Shown here: piece by piece, positions 9,629 to 20,584 of the stretch
Layout of the letters: the number at the start of each line of letters is the position of its first letter
How positions within the stretch are numbered: the stretch's first letter is position 1
From: an uncultured virus (IMG/VR IMGVR_UViG_3300023198_000928)
Taxonomy: Duplodnaviria > Heunggongvirae > Uroviricota > Caudoviricetes
Virus record (IMG/VR): IMGVR_UViG_3300023198_000928
Length of the DNA stretch: 64,000 bases
Direction: 5' to 3' (one strand)
Translations under genes and position numbers: made by a program
The notes under the pieces: model-generated
What the model was told of the DNA's origin: nothing
Seen by the model: only the letters and a program-made list of their open reading frames with translations
The model's database searches: none

Positions 9629-10894
9629 TTACTCAGTATATGTTACTTCTATTTTTACCCATCTTACTCTAGCGGTTATTGGAGCTCCTCCTATTGCTTG
9701 AGCTGATACTTGCATTCCAAAATCAGAACTATTTATTAATGCCGGTGTCCATGATGCACCTGCATCCCATAAATCTGTAGGACCACCTATAACCTTCTCC
9801 TCTCCATTAAGATGCCATGATGTTCTATCTTTAGTATCTTCCCCTGAAGTCACCCAACTAGTTGTCACAAGACGTAGTCCCATTGCTTGTATTTCTCTAT
9901 TAAGAGGTAAGCCTCCCCCAACATCAGCTTGTCTATAATAAGTTAACTCAATTCCATCTATAGTAGCTCCTGCTGGGATTGAAAAACCAAAGTTTTTTGT
10001 GTATAACCAATCAGTATACCAATTCTGTGTTACTATTTCTACATAAGAATCAGTAAGATTAGTATATCCTCTACATCCAGTTAAATTTGACCAATTAGGC
10101 CCTGTATCTACGTAGTAATTATCAGATGACGAATCTCCTGCATACCTGACTTGTGAGGTAACAGCACTAATAACTACAACGATAGAATTACTAAGAGCTG
10201 AATCTAATCCAAATGCATTTCTAGCTTGTAGTGTAAAAGTCCAAGTTCCTGGAGGTAAATCATTAACATAATCTGGATTAGTATCCATCAAGAAACTAGT
10301 ATTATATGGGCCTGTTTGAGTCATCCAATAACTAATAGCCCCTGTAACATCATTTCTACTTAAAGTAGCTGCGTTATCTAGTTGTCCATCAAGAGTTAAT
10401 ACTGGAGCGGCACATAAAGTTCCCCATGAAGATATATCAGACCACTCACTAAATTGTTCATTAATATCCACAGTTCTAACTTTCCAATCATCAACAATAC
10501 CTGCTCCCACACTAAATTGATAAGTTAAATTTACCCCATTTGGTACAAGTGCATCATTAACCCAAAATTCATATCGTTCAAGTCCTGCTTCTGCTGTTCC
10601 TGCTGTAAAAGATACTAAATAACCAGATGTAGTAGTATTATTAAATGTAGGAGTTCCTGGAGGTGTTGGTCCAGCAATAGGTATTAGACTTTCTGATCCT
10701 GTTACATTTAAGGTACAGTCAATAACACCATAGTTTTGAAATCTTGACATTCTATTGTCTACAGCATCATAAGCTAAGTCGAATTTTTCCGGATCAGCAA
10801 TTCCAAAAGCAGTGCTTAATGAAAAAGGATTACTCCCTAATAATTCTACCCTTACATCCTCTAAACTAAAAATTGGTGAGTCTACTATTGCCAT
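9629..10894 (-). CDS. fibre-tip adhesin (SLxDVRxEL attachment domain, two FN3, C-terminal beta-sandwich)
   Basis: N-term FSLEDVRVEL..FSLS..MSRFQNYG resembles attachment domains that follow S74 fibres; TAATG-coupled to the fibre gene. Confidence 0.65.
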   Translation of the reverse strand: MAIVDSPIFSLEDVRVELLGSNPFSLSTAFGIADPEKFDLAYDAVDNRMSRFQNYGVIDCTLNVTGSESLIPIAGPTPPGTPTFNNTTTSGYLVSFTAGTAEAGLERYEFWVNDALVPNGVNLTYQFSVGAGIVDDWKVRTVDINEQFSEWSDISSWGTLCAAPVLTLDGQLDNAATLSRNDVTGAISYWMTQTGPYNTSFLMDTNPDYVNDLPPGTWTFTLQARNAFGLDSALSNSIVVVISAVTSQVRYAGDSSSDNYYVDTGPNWSNLTGCRGYTNLTDSYVEIVTQNWYTDWLYTKNFGFSIPAGATIDGIELTYYRQADVGGGLPLNREIQAMGLRLVTTSWVTSGEDTKDRTSWHLNGEEKVIGGPTDLWDAGASWTPALINSSDFGMQVSAQAIGGAPITARVRWVKIEVTYTE

Positions 10895-13164
10895 TATAGA
10901 TTAAGATTATTAATTATATTCTCTAAATACTCTAATCTAGATTCCATTTTTATTTTATCATCCTCTAATTCTGCTACCTTAGCTATTAACAGTCTTGTAT
11001 ACTTAACAGCATCCATATCATTTTCAGTCTCTCCTTTTATTACAAACTCAGGATGTTTTTCTTCAAGTTCATCAGCTATAACACCTACTTGAACTTCATC
11101 AGTTCCTTTTAATTTATATTCTCTCCATTTAACATCAATCTTTTTAACCTTATAATCTTTAATATCTTTTTTTAATCTTCTATCAGACTGATTAACATGA
11201 TCTACAGCAGTTGAATTACCTGCAAATGAACCATTACCTAAATTAGTAACTGTAAATTTAGCAACTACAGTCCCTCCAAAATATGAGAAAAGACCATCTC
11301 CTTCAAGAAATCCGAAAGAATATCCTCCCGTACCGTCAGCTCTTATATCTATATTATTACCTGCACCTGAAGCTAGGATATTCCCTGCAACAAGCACATC
11401 TCCTCCGAATGTTTTATTACCTCCAAATGATTGTGTTGTATTACTTACAACTCCAGCTAATGAAGGAGTGGCAGCATTTAGAGTTCTATCAGTAGTCCCA
11501 TTAACTGTAAAAGTAACATTAGTCGCATTATGAGTAATACCACTTAAGTAGTAGTTAGTGTTAGTGTTAGGAGGCGTAACCCAAGAAAATGTACCGTCAC
11601 CATCTGATCTAAGATATTGTGAGGTTGTTCCATTTCCAGAAACAGCTAAGGCATCAGCATATATGTCGTTTGATAAGTCTATAGATACATTACCAGCCGG
11701 TCCTGACACAGTAGCAGTTAATATACTAGTACTAGATACATAACCTAACGCACTTATGTAATTATTAGTATCAGTATTAGGTGGAGTGGCCCAAGTAAAA
11801 GTACCATCTGCGTCACTACGTAAATATTGCGAAGTAGTTCCATTGCCCGACACTGCTAAAGCGTCCGCATAGATTGCATTGGATAGATCTAAAGTAGGGT
11901 TAGCTGCCCCAGATACTGTAGCAGTAACTATACTTGTAGCAGATACATACCCTAAACCTGTTAAATAATAGTTCGTATTAGTATTAACTACTGTTTCTGT
12001 GGCTGTAGCTAATCCTGTAACATGCCCATAGGTATCTAACGTAATATCTTGTATGTAAGTTCTCCCTGATCCATTAATAGAACCTTGAGAAGAAGTATCG
12101 TTATGATTAAAAGTTACAGTAGGATTAGTTTGATTAGTAACTACGGCAGTTGTTGCATTTCCATTTATAAAATTAACTTCTTCTGCATTAGTAACAGCTA
12201 CTTGAGTTCCACCATTAGCTTGTACATTAAAACTAGACATTGAACCTACTCCAGTAGCACCTGTTGATATAGCTGTTACATGCCCTAATGAGTCTACTGT
12301 AATTTGATCAATCTTAGTACCATCAGCAGTACTTCCATAGATACCACTTAAAGTGGATGTATCATTATGATTAAAGGTTACAGTGGGGTTAGTCTGTGAA
12401 ACTACAACAGCAGTCGTTGCTGTACCATTTATAAAATTAATCTCTTCTCCAGCACTAATATTAGTTTGTGGACCGCTATTGGCCTGTATATTAAAATTCG
12501 TTGTATCTGTATTTGTTACTGTTTCTGTGGCGGACGTTAAGCCAGTGACATGACCTCTAGAATCTAGGGTAACATCCTGTATATAAGTTCTTCCAGAATT
12601 ATTAACAGACGCTTGACTAGAAGTATCTTCATGTGTTACAGTAACCGTAGCTCCTGATAAACTTATGTCAATCATTGTACCCTCTTTAAAGTCTACATTT
12701 TCACCCGATGTTATTCTGTTAGCTGTTCCTGTATTAACTTGTAAATCCCAACCATTATAGTTATCATACACAGTACTGGTAAAAGCATTGCTCCCTAGTT
12801 CCCTAGTTCCTACTACACCTGAACCATTAATCATCAAGGAAGTATTCTCAGATCCCTGTCCGGATAATCCTAATAAGGTTAAATTATATGTACTTAAAAG
12901 ACCTGGAAAGTATGAATTACCAGAAGTGTCACAAATAGTAACTGTATTTCTTCCAGCCCATAATGATCCCCAGTTATCCGGGCTACTGTTAATTTGTAAC
13001 CCAGATTCTGCATTGAGATATATCAATTCTCCTGTTTGCCCTGTAGCTTGGCCTGCTGACTCACCTGCATTTAATACTAGTTGTGTAGCAGTTTTACAAT
13101 TTATCTCATCTACAATTAGAGATCCATCTATATCTACATCGGCATAAAATTTTCTAATTGCCAT
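10894..13164 (-). CDS. tail fibre with C-terminal intramolecular chaperone (peptidase S74)
   Basis: SDRRLKKDI, GVIADEL, AVKY, terminal coiled coil; internal D..GHVT repeats. Confidence 0.85.
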   Translation of the reverse strand: MAIRKFYADVDIDGSLIVDEINCKTATQLVLNAGESAGQATGQTGELIYLNAESGLQINSSPDNWGSLWAGRNTVTICDTSGNSYFPGLLSTYNLTLLGLSGQGSENTSLMINGSGVVGTRELGSNAFTSTVYDNYNGWDLQVNTGTANRITSGENVDFKEGTMIDISLSGATVTVTHEDTSSQASVNNSGRTYIQDVTLDSRGHVTGLTSATETVTNTDTTNFNIQANSGPQTNISAGEEINFINGTATTAVVVSQTNPTVTFNHNDTSTLSGIYGSTADGTKIDQITVDSLGHVTAISTGATGVGSMSSFNVQANGGTQVAVTNAEEVNFINGNATTAVVTNQTNPTVTFNHNDTSSQGSINGSGRTYIQDITLDTYGHVTGLATATETVVNTNTNYYLTGLGYVSATSIVTATVSGAANPTLDLSNAIYADALAVSGNGTTSQYLRSDADGTFTWATPPNTDTNNYISALGYVSSTSILTATVSGPAGNVSIDLSNDIYADALAVSGNGTTSQYLRSDGDGTFSWVTPPNTNTNYYLSGITHNATNVTFTVNGTTDRTLNAATPSLAGVVSNTTQSFGGNKTFGGDVLVAGNILASGAGNNIDIRADGTGGYSFGFLEGDGLFSYFGGTVVAKFTVTNLGNGSFAGNSTAVDHVNQSDRRLKKDIKDYKVKKIDVKWREYKLKGTDEVQVGVIADELEEKHPEFVIKGETENDMDAVKYTRLLIAKVAELEDDKIKMESRLEYLENIINNLNL

Positions 13165-13188
13165 ACTATAATATTATTATTATTATTA

Positions 13189-15543
13189 TTATCCTATTAC
13201 TAATATTTCATATTCACCTGCAGTCGGTGCAGTATTAAAGTTTACTGTACAAGTTGTTGTATTTGTTAATACTACTTCAGCCTCAACTTGATCCCAAGGA
13301 GTAGTTGATCTAAACACCTGTACTTGTACATATCTATTACCAAAACTATGTGCACATGGAGTAGCTATTGCTGCTAAACAAGGGAAAGTTCTTCTCTGAG
13401 TTAATGAATTCTGTGCTCCAGGAACACCAATCTCGGTATGAGCTGCCTCTACTGAAGTCTCTAACTCTTGAAGAGCGACTTTAAGTACAGCATTATCTGT
13501 GATGGTAGTACCTGTGTAAGTACCCATTGTTTTATCTTCTAAAGTATCAGGTGTCACATATCTAGATGTATCTGTACCAGTATTTACTTCAGTTTGTGTT
13601 GCTCTTTCAACAATACCAAGAGTAGTTGTAGTAGCGGCTACTTCATCCCCAGTATTTGTACCAGAGGTGTTTGCAATATAAGTTGTAGATATTGCAGAAC
13701 CTTGCCATACACCTGTTGCAATAGTACCAAGTTTAGTTATTGCCCCAGCACCACCTGTCCAATCGTTAAGGCCATCAGGAGTTACTGCTCTTGTAGCGTC
13801 AGTACCGGTATTTGTTTCAGAAACAGTAGCTAGCTCAACAATACCCTGAACGGTAAGACTAGCAGAAGGTTCATCTCCTGTATTAGTACCACTTTGATTC
13901 TGTAAGTATGCTTCAGCAATAATGCTACCTGCCCATGTTCCTTCAGAAATTGTACCGAGAGTAGTAATACTTGTTTGCCCTACATATGCGGCAGAAATAT
14001 CTACTATTGGCACTGTTACAGTACCTCCTATAGTAATTCTACTACCAGTTCCACTTATACTTGCAACCTTAGCTTCAGTATATGTATTATCAATTAAAGT
14101 ACCTGTCCATGTACCCGTGCTTATTGTTCCTAAAGTTGTAATATTAGCAGTTCCTGGCCATGCTCCTAAAGTATTAGGTCTAACAACTCTTGTTGTATCA
14201 GATCCTGCATTCACTTCACCTTGAGTGGCTAATTCAACAAAACCAGCAACTGTTTCGGTAGCATATTCTAAATTAGTTTGAACTATAGTCCAGTTAGCTA
14301 GCGCTGCAGCAGGTGTTCCTGTTACAGTAGAGAAAAGTACATCACCAACTTCAAGAGCTACTCCAAAGAAATCACCTGCAACTGTTACTTTATAAGTATC
14401 TCCTGTTACAACTGTAGGAGTTCCTATTTGTAAAGAAAAAGATCCTATTTCTGTTAAATCCGTAGTTGCATTATACCCTCCTTTAAAGATAAAGGCTGAT
14501 GTTGAAACAGCATCTACATACACCTTAACTGATTGCTGAGTAGGTACTTTTGTATCAGAATTAGAAATCATATCATCCTCATCTAAAACCCATGTGTTAC
14601 CCGATACATTAGTATCTGCATTTAGAGTTACAGCCGTTCCTAAATTATTAATCTGAGCTTCTGTAATACTGATTAAAGGTTCTGAGGCACTTGTAATTCT
14701 ACCTTTTTGATCTACTGTGAATACTCCAACATGTGAAGCATCTCCATAAGTACTAGGAGCAACTGCTGTATCAACTAAGTCTATTGCAACTGTGGCAGTA
14801 GTAGTCAATTTAGAAATATTTGTTGTAATATTAGAAGCTGTACCAACTATGTCGAGTAAATCTCCTGAATTAACAGTTTGATCTGTTCCTGTAGTTCCTC
14901 CAACATCAAAATTAGAGAATCCACCTGCAGGAGTAGCCCACTGGCCATCTCCTCTCCAGAATGTAGTACCACTTGCACTAGTTCCACTATTTAATCTCGC
15001 TACTTCTAAATTACCTTGAACATCATTACTACTAGTTAAATCTACTTTATTTCTTGTAATAACTTGTCCAGATATTGTAATATAATCAGGAGTACCTGCT
15101 AAAGTAACGCCTGTACTATTATCAGTGCCTGCTGGATCAAAAGGTAAACTTGAGATTAAAGCTTTTTTAACATTGTCATCTGTAACATCATGATACATTA
15201 TATAATCAGATGATGTAACTCCTGCATTTAATGGGGCTGAATTAACTATGTTATCAGTCCCTAAATAATCTATTTCAGCTGCAAAGGTTGGATCTGCGCC
15301 AGTGCCTCCAGTAGTTACTGTAATTCCATCTCCTCCTGTTACAGAAACACTAGTTACTGTACCAACGGTAGATGATAGAGGTACCCAAGCACCATTATAC
15401 AGGTACAATGAATTTACTCCAGTATTGTAATATAATTGTCCTGTTACAGGAGAACCTGGATCCCCTCCTAAATTTTCAATTCTCGCACTTACTAGTTGAT
15501 TCTGTGCAAGGTCTATGTCTACTAAAAAAAGTCTTTTTGCCAT
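13189..15543 (-). CDS. tail fibre shaft protein
   Basis: A(S/T)xTxxGxVELATxxE..GTDxTRxVTP repeats, ITTLGTIxTGxW repeats, PTQQSVKVYVD. Confidence 0.8.
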   Translation of the reverse strand: MAKRLFLVDIDLAQNQLVSARIENLGGDPGSPVTGQLYYNTGVNSLYLYNGAWVPLSSTVGTVTSVSVTGGDGITVTTGGTGADPTFAAEIDYLGTDNIVNSAPLNAGVTSSDYIMYHDVTDDNVKKALISSLPFDPAGTDNSTGVTLAGTPDYITISGQVITRNKVDLTSSNDVQGNLEVARLNSGTSASGTTFWRGDGQWATPAGGFSNFDVGGTTGTDQTVNSGDLLDIVGTASNITTNISKLTTTATVAIDLVDTAVAPSTYGDASHVGVFTVDQKGRITSASEPLISITEAQINNLGTAVTLNADTNVSGNTWVLDEDDMISNSDTKVPTQQSVKVYVDAVSTSAFIFKGGYNATTDLTEIGSFSLQIGTPTVVTGDTYKVTVAGDFFGVALEVGDVLFSTVTGTPAAALANWTIVQTNLEYATETVAGFVELATQGEVNAGSDTTRVVRPNTLGAWPGTANITTLGTISTGTWTGTLIDNTYTEAKVASISGTGSRITIGGTVTVPIVDISAAYVGQTSITTLGTISEGTWAGSIIAEAYLQNQSGTNTGDEPSASLTVQGIVELATVSETNTGTDATRAVTPDGLNDWTGGAGAITKLGTIATGVWQGSAISTTYIANTSGTNTGDEVAATTTTLGIVERATQTEVNTGTDTSRYVTPDTLEDKTMGTYTGTTITDNAVLKVALQELETSVEAAHTEIGVPGAQNSLTQRRTFPCLAAIATPCAHSFGNRYVQVQVFRSTTPWDQVEAEVVLTNTTTCTVNFNTAPTAGEYEILVIG

Positions 15544-15550
15544 GATATGT

Positions 15551-17236
15551 TTAATTTAAATAAGCTTTCCCTGCAAAGGAAGAACTATAGGTTATTGTTA
15601 ACTGAGTATTATTTATATGTTTAACTGCGCCTTCTACCTCATCACCTGATGTGGTAACTATAGTAGTTGAAGGAAATTTCCCTAAGTTATGGGTTATTGT
15701 CCAAAGAGCCGAAGGAATTCCTTGATCATATTCAAAATGTTTGTCTACTTCTGGTCCTCCTCCTGCTATTGTATCCTCAACCCATTCTCTTGTGGTTAGT
15801 ACCTTTCCTGTAGGTTCAGCATCAATAAGTGATGTAGTTAAACTATCTCCTGTTATTGTACCATTTGTTAAGATTCTGAAAGCATCACTTCTTACGGAAG
15901 CTACTCCTGAGTTACTTATAGTACCATTACCTACAATTAATATAGGATCTATAGCTTGATTAGGTAATCCATTAGATCCTGTATAAGTTTTATTAGCCTT
16001 ACCGAAAATAGCTGTTGAAGCACTATCTCCATGTAATCCTGTACCTGCCATAATTCCACCTAAACTAAGTAGACTAAAATTATGACTACCAAATACAGCA
16101 GAAGAGTTAGTTCCACTAGAGTGTCCTAAGTTTTGATTATCATATCCTGTAGTTACAGTATTATATCCTCTAGCCGTATTTTCAGACCCAAACATTACTG
16201 AGTAAGCTACTGTTCCATCAAAATCTAACAAATATCCTGATGCAAATGATTGGAATCCATGATTAGTTACACTATACCCTTGAGAAAAACTTAATTGGTC
16301 ACTTGCAATGCAATCATAACCTTGTACAAATGAACCCCAACCTGAAGATGTTACATCTAATCCTTGAGCAAAAGCAGAAGATTCAGTTGCTCCTAGTGTC
16401 CCACTTGGGCTAGATGCTCCACTAAAATCTATTGCATTGGATCCAATATTACCATAATTTGCTGAATCTCTTCCAATAATTCTCCAACCTACTCCATTAC
16501 CTTCGTCTAAAGACTCTAATCCAGATGCTCCATAATTAGCTGCTCCATATTCACGAGTAAGTAAAACTTTTCCTGAAGTCTCAGCATCTATTATTGTAGT
16601 AGTCATTGATGGAGCTGTAATTTCCCCACTCTTCAATACCTGTAAAGCATTGCTTCTAACATCTGCTTCCCATTTATCTGTTTTTGTTATAGTACCATTA
16701 CCTATTATAAATAAAGGATGTGTTGGGTCATTTGCAGTATCAGGTAAGGAAAATTCTTCATTCGCTGTCCCAATAACTGTCACTCCAATAGATCCTTGTG
16801 ATTGTAATGCAATACCTAAATGTGTACCTAGTTCACTGTCATTATTATTATTATCACCAACTCCAAATGCGCCATTTCCAGGTAGAATCATATTACTTCC
16901 TAAAGCTATCGCTCTAATACCTGTTGCCGCATTATTTAGCCCATGTACAAAAGAATTCTGTCCTAAAGCCCCGAGAGTTGAATTAATTATACTATTCACT
17001 CCAAAGTCAATAGCACCAATTCCAATATTCCCATAATAAGTAGGATCCCTGTCAACTAGCCTCCATCCAACACCATTCCCTTCATCAATAGCTTCTAAAC
17101 CTGTGCTTGTAATAGCATTAGGATCATATAAACCCAATGACCCATCACCTAGTACTACCTGTAGATCTGAACCTCCATTCGTTACAAAAGCATCGGCGGT
17201 TATAATTTCTATTATTTCCGGGTTATATAATTTCAT
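15551..17236 (-). CDS. fibre protein with two YadA-head-like beta-roll modules and C-terminal HNLG domain
   Basis: duplicated GLExxDEGNGVGWR..YGNIG..AIDF and GNGT..VRS(N/D)A; SFxxG repeats; WTITHNLGKFP. Confidence 0.75.
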   Translation of the reverse strand: MKLYNPEIIEIITADAFVTNGGSDLQVVLGDGSLGLYDPNAITSTGLEAIDEGNGVGWRLVDRDPTYYGNIGIGAIDFGVNSIINSTLGALGQNSFVHGLNNAATGIRAIALGSNMILPGNGAFGVGDNNNNDSELGTHLGIALQSQGSIGVTVIGTANEEFSLPDTANDPTHPLFIIGNGTITKTDKWEADVRSNALQVLKSGEITAPSMTTTIIDAETSGKVLLTREYGAANYGASGLESLDEGNGVGWRIIGRDSANYGNIGSNAIDFSGASSPSGTLGATESSAFAQGLDVTSSGWGSFVQGYDCIASDQLSFSQGYSVTNHGFQSFASGYLLDFDGTVAYSVMFGSENTARGYNTVTTGYDNQNLGHSSGTNSSAVFGSHNFSLLSLGGIMAGTGLHGDSASTAIFGKANKTYTGSNGLPNQAIDPILIVGNGTISNSGVASVRSDAFRILTNGTITGDSLTTSLIDAEPTGKVLTTREWVEDTIAGGGPEVDKHFEYDQGIPSALWTITHNLGKFPSTTIVTTSGDEVEGAVKHINNTQLTITYSSSFAGKAYLN

Positions 17237-17245
17237 AATATTAGT

Positions 17246-18559
17246 TTAAATAATTCCTGTATTCCATTTATCAATATAGAAAGACTGATTACCTAGAGAA
17301 CCCTCTGCTCGAGATACAAACATAGTTTTATTATCTCCGATTGCAGTAGATTCAAATTTATTGCCATTATATGAATAGAAGAAATCATTTTCATGAGGAA
17401 CATCTCCACGATATTGTTTAATTCCAGATATAAGGCTCTTTCTGAATATTAATAAATTAATAACTCCTATATATGTTAAAACTCCTATTGCTGTGGATGG
17501 TATTACATTATTATACACAAAGTAATATCTTCCTGGATTATCTGGATCCTCGGTTGGCACTGCATTTTCTATATCATATGGTTCATTCATAATATATTCA
17601 ACTAGATACGTACTTAAGTTTCCAAGAATAATATATAAATGAGTACCATCTTCATTAAATGTAAAATCTTTAATTATTAATGCAAACTCATCACCAACAT
17701 ATCCAATATCATCTTGAGGAGAGATGCTAGCTACAGGAGAACCAAATTCAGTAATGTCCCAGCTACCGTTAAGTAATGGAAATTTACTAATTGAATGTTT
17801 AGGAAAAATACCTTGTGATGAAGCCATAAATGCATAATTACCGTCATTAGTAAAATCTAATCCATATGAAGGATTTCCTCCTAAGTATTCATTTATTCCT
17901 ATATCGCCTATTGTCATACTACTTAAATTATTAGGGATAAACATTGAATATTCATAAACTGCTCCATCTACTCCGACATAATAACGTAGTCCATCCTTTC
18001 TAAGATAGGTACCCAAAAGCCATAATGTATCAATTGGAATATTTGACATAGGATATGAACTTCCTGTAAACATGCTATCTTTTACTGACCATCCAGAAGT
18101 AGGATAACCAAGGCCTATAAATATCCCGGCTATAAGTTTTCTTAAAGCTTCTCCATCTGAATATATTCCATTACTGGCAAATTCTGTCATGATTGAATCA
18201 CTATATAATGAATCTGCAGTTTGAAATGTTTCTGAAATAGGTATATAAACCATCTTAGTAACCATCTCTGTAACTGAATTTGATGATCTATAATTCAAAG
18301 ATATTTGCTGAGCTGTTATACAACTATTACTTATAATAAAAGTAGAAGCTTCCCAACCACTGTGTATGTCTGTATCTCCAATAGCATCAACCTCAAGATT
18401 ATATTCTCCAGGAATAGTTATATCAGGAGTTTTTGGATCTGTATTATCTATGACAAAATCGATCCATGACTCATCCCCAAATTTCCTGTATCTACCGTCA
18501 GAGTTGGGTCCTAAGGTTTTACCATTAGTTACGTTTATTGTTATATTAATTATACACAT
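17246..18559 (-). CDS. virion accessory protein (Ig-like N-term, one YSDG module, propeller-like C-term)
   Basis: N-terminus paralogous to 18576..20012; FTNDGNY, FNEDGTHLY, SWDIT and PYDIENA repeats. Confidence 0.65.
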   Translation of the reverse strand: MCIINITINVTNGKTLGPNSDGRYRKFGDESWIDFVIDNTDPKTPDITIPGEYNLEVDAIGDTDIHSGWEASTFIISNSCITAQQISLNYRSSNSVTEMVTKMVYIPISETFQTADSLYSDSIMTEFASNGIYSDGEALRKLIAGIFIGLGYPTSGWSVKDSMFTGSSYPMSNIPIDTLWLLGTYLRKDGLRYYVGVDGAVYEYSMFIPNNLSSMTIGDIGINEYLGGNPSYGLDFTNDGNYAFMASSQGIFPKHSISKFPLLNGSWDITEFGSPVASISPQDDIGYVGDEFALIIKDFTFNEDGTHLYIILGNLSTYLVEYIMNEPYDIENAVPTEDPDNPGRYYFVYNNVIPSTAIGVLTYIGVINLLIFRKSLISGIKQYRGDVPHENDFFYSYNGNKFESTAIGDNKTMFVSRAEGSLGNQSFYIDKWNTGII

Positions 18560-18575
18560 AGTATTTATTTAAGTA

Positions 18576-20012
18576 TTAAATGCAAGCTCCATCAACTCCT
18601 CCACCAAAGGCTGTCCCATTCCAGAACCTATGTTCTATACCATCAGAGTATTCTCCTGAATCTGCTAAAGTATGCGGAACTGTTTCTTCATTCCATAATA
18701 AAGAAGCGTTTGAGAAAGTTTCTCCATTCGGTATATAATAATCTGTTTGACCTGCTGCGCAAGCTGCTACAAATTCACCTAAAACAGCGTCGAATCCTAG
18801 ACTTACTGTAACTGGAGGGATACATGAGATTGGTCCGGTAAATGAAGCACCATTCCAACTTCTAGATGTTGAACCATCAGAATAATATCCTGCTATATCA
18901 TAATTACCAGGAATAAAGTTATTGCTTGTCCATATTCCAGTAGCATTTTGCAATGTAGATGAATCTATCCATCTAGCGGCTGTACCTGTACCTGCACAAG
19001 CTGAGCCAGCACCTGTAAGATGATATCCTGTTACTACAGAGTAAGTACCGCATGGCCCTTCTTCATATATACCTCCTGATAAGAAAGCACTTCCATTCCA
19101 ATATCTATAATAACTTCCATCAGACAACCAACTTTCATCTACAGAGATTGTTAAATTAGAATCTGACCATATACTAGTAGCAGTTTGAAATGTTTTACCA
19201 TCTGCTACATAATAAGATAAACCTGATCCTGAACTATCAGCACATGCTGCATTTCCAGTGAATAAATCTGTACCCATATCAGACAATTCTACAGAGACAG
19301 TACAAGTTCCTTCTGAACCTCCTGTTGCAAAATTTCCACCATCCCATACTCTATAATCAGTTCCATCAGAATAAGTTCCTGCTACTGCTAGATTTAATAA
19401 AAATTCATCAGTATATAATAATGTAGCAGTAACAAAAGTATTTGCAGCATTAATATAATAAGGTGTAAGACTTGCAGCACAAGCATCTAAAGAATCTGCT
19501 CCAGTACTTAAATTTATTAATTGAGATGATATACAAGTAATATTAAATCCTATTACAGAAACACCGTCCCATGTTCTTGAAGTAACTCCATCTGAGTATA
19601 TATCTGCAGGAGCAGTGGTTACATTAGTAATATGATCATAGATTACATCAGTAGTACTAAAGGTTTCAGTACTAGGAATATAAAAAGTAGTTCCTCCAGG
19701 AAAATCCGCACAGGCTTCTACTGAACTAGCTGATCCTCCGCCGACACCAAAATTTATTGCAGTTCTACTTGCACAATTGGCATCTACCGTGAAAGCGCTG
19801 GCTTCCCATACGCTATCAACCCCTAAATCACTAGTTATCTTTACCTCTAAATCGTAAAGACCATAATCTATAATATTAGGAGTCTGCGGGTTAAATAAAT
19901 CTATATCAAACTCAGGCTCCCAAGAACCCGCTCCATTAATTCTATATCTACCTGTTGCCGAGGCAAGCGTAACCCCATTTGTTACATCTATTGTTATTGC
20001 TATTTGACACAT
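18576..20012 (-). CDS. virion accessory protein with five Cys-bounded ~80 aa repeats
   Basis: ACA..YSDG..RxWxG..C module repeated five times. Confidence 0.7.
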   Translation of the reverse strand: MCQIAITIDVTNGVTLASATGRYRINGAGSWEPEFDIDLFNPQTPNIIDYGLYDLEVKITSDLGVDSVWEASAFTVDANCASRTAINFGVGGGSASSVEACADFPGGTTFYIPSTETFSTTDVIYDHITNVTTAPADIYSDGVTSRTWDGVSVIGFNITCISSQLINLSTGADSLDACAASLTPYYINAANTFVTATLLYTDEFLLNLAVAGTYSDGTDYRVWDGGNFATGGSEGTCTVSVELSDMGTDLFTGNAACADSSGSGLSYYVADGKTFQTATSIWSDSNLTISVDESWLSDGSYYRYWNGSAFLSGGIYEEGPCGTYSVVTGYHLTGAGSACAGTGTAARWIDSSTLQNATGIWTSNNFIPGNYDIAGYYSDGSTSRSWNGASFTGPISCIPPVTVSLGFDAVLGEFVAACAAGQTDYYIPNGETFSNASLLWNEETVPHTLADSGEYSDGIEHRFWNGTAFGGGVDGACI

Positions 20013-20035
20013 ATTATTTATTTTTATTATTAATT

Positions 20036-20584
20036 TTAATCCTCCTCTATACTTTCACAATCTACATTACTGTAATTAACTGACTTATTACCTAAAGCAT
20101 CAACAGCTTTAACTTTATAACAATGAGTTACAAGTCCAAGTACAGTATCATCAGAAATCGAAGTTGTTACAGTTGTTGTTAAAAGTGAATAAATTCCTCC
20201 TTCATTATTTCTCCATACCTCATAATGATCAACTCCAACATTATCTATAGCAGCATTCCAACTAACCCCTACTGGGCCATACCCACCTATATTTGTAGTA
20301 ACTAACCCTGTTACATCAGATGGAGGAACAATATCCCCTTCTGAACAACATGAGTCATTTGTTAATGTTATTATTGGACCATCAAAAGGATTTGCACAGC
20401 ACGGAGCATTAGTCAAATCAAATAATGGTACAATATTCTTACAACACTCTTGATTAGTAAGAGTAAATGTAGGAACAACTTCTATTGGCCATATCTTTAC
20501 CGTTCCAGCATATACAGAGGCTATATCTGTAGCTCCTATTTTTATACTCACAGGTGATACTCCATTTATTTTTAAATCAGCCAT
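20036..20584 (-). CDS. small fibre-tip protein with LTNxxCC repeats and FN3 domain
   Basis: N-term IKIG..VYAGTVKIWP; DIVPPS..WNAAIDNVGVDHYEV..YKVKAVDALGNKS. Confidence 0.7.
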   Translation of the reverse strand: MADLKINGVSPVSIKIGATDIASVYAGTVKIWPIEVVPTFTLTNQECCKNIVPLFDLTNAPCCANPFDGPIITLTNDSCCSEGDIVPPSDVTGLVTTNIGGYGPVGVSWNAAIDNVGVDHYEVWRNNEGGIYSLLTTTVTTSISDDTVLGLVTHCYKVKAVDALGNKSVNYSNVDCESIEED

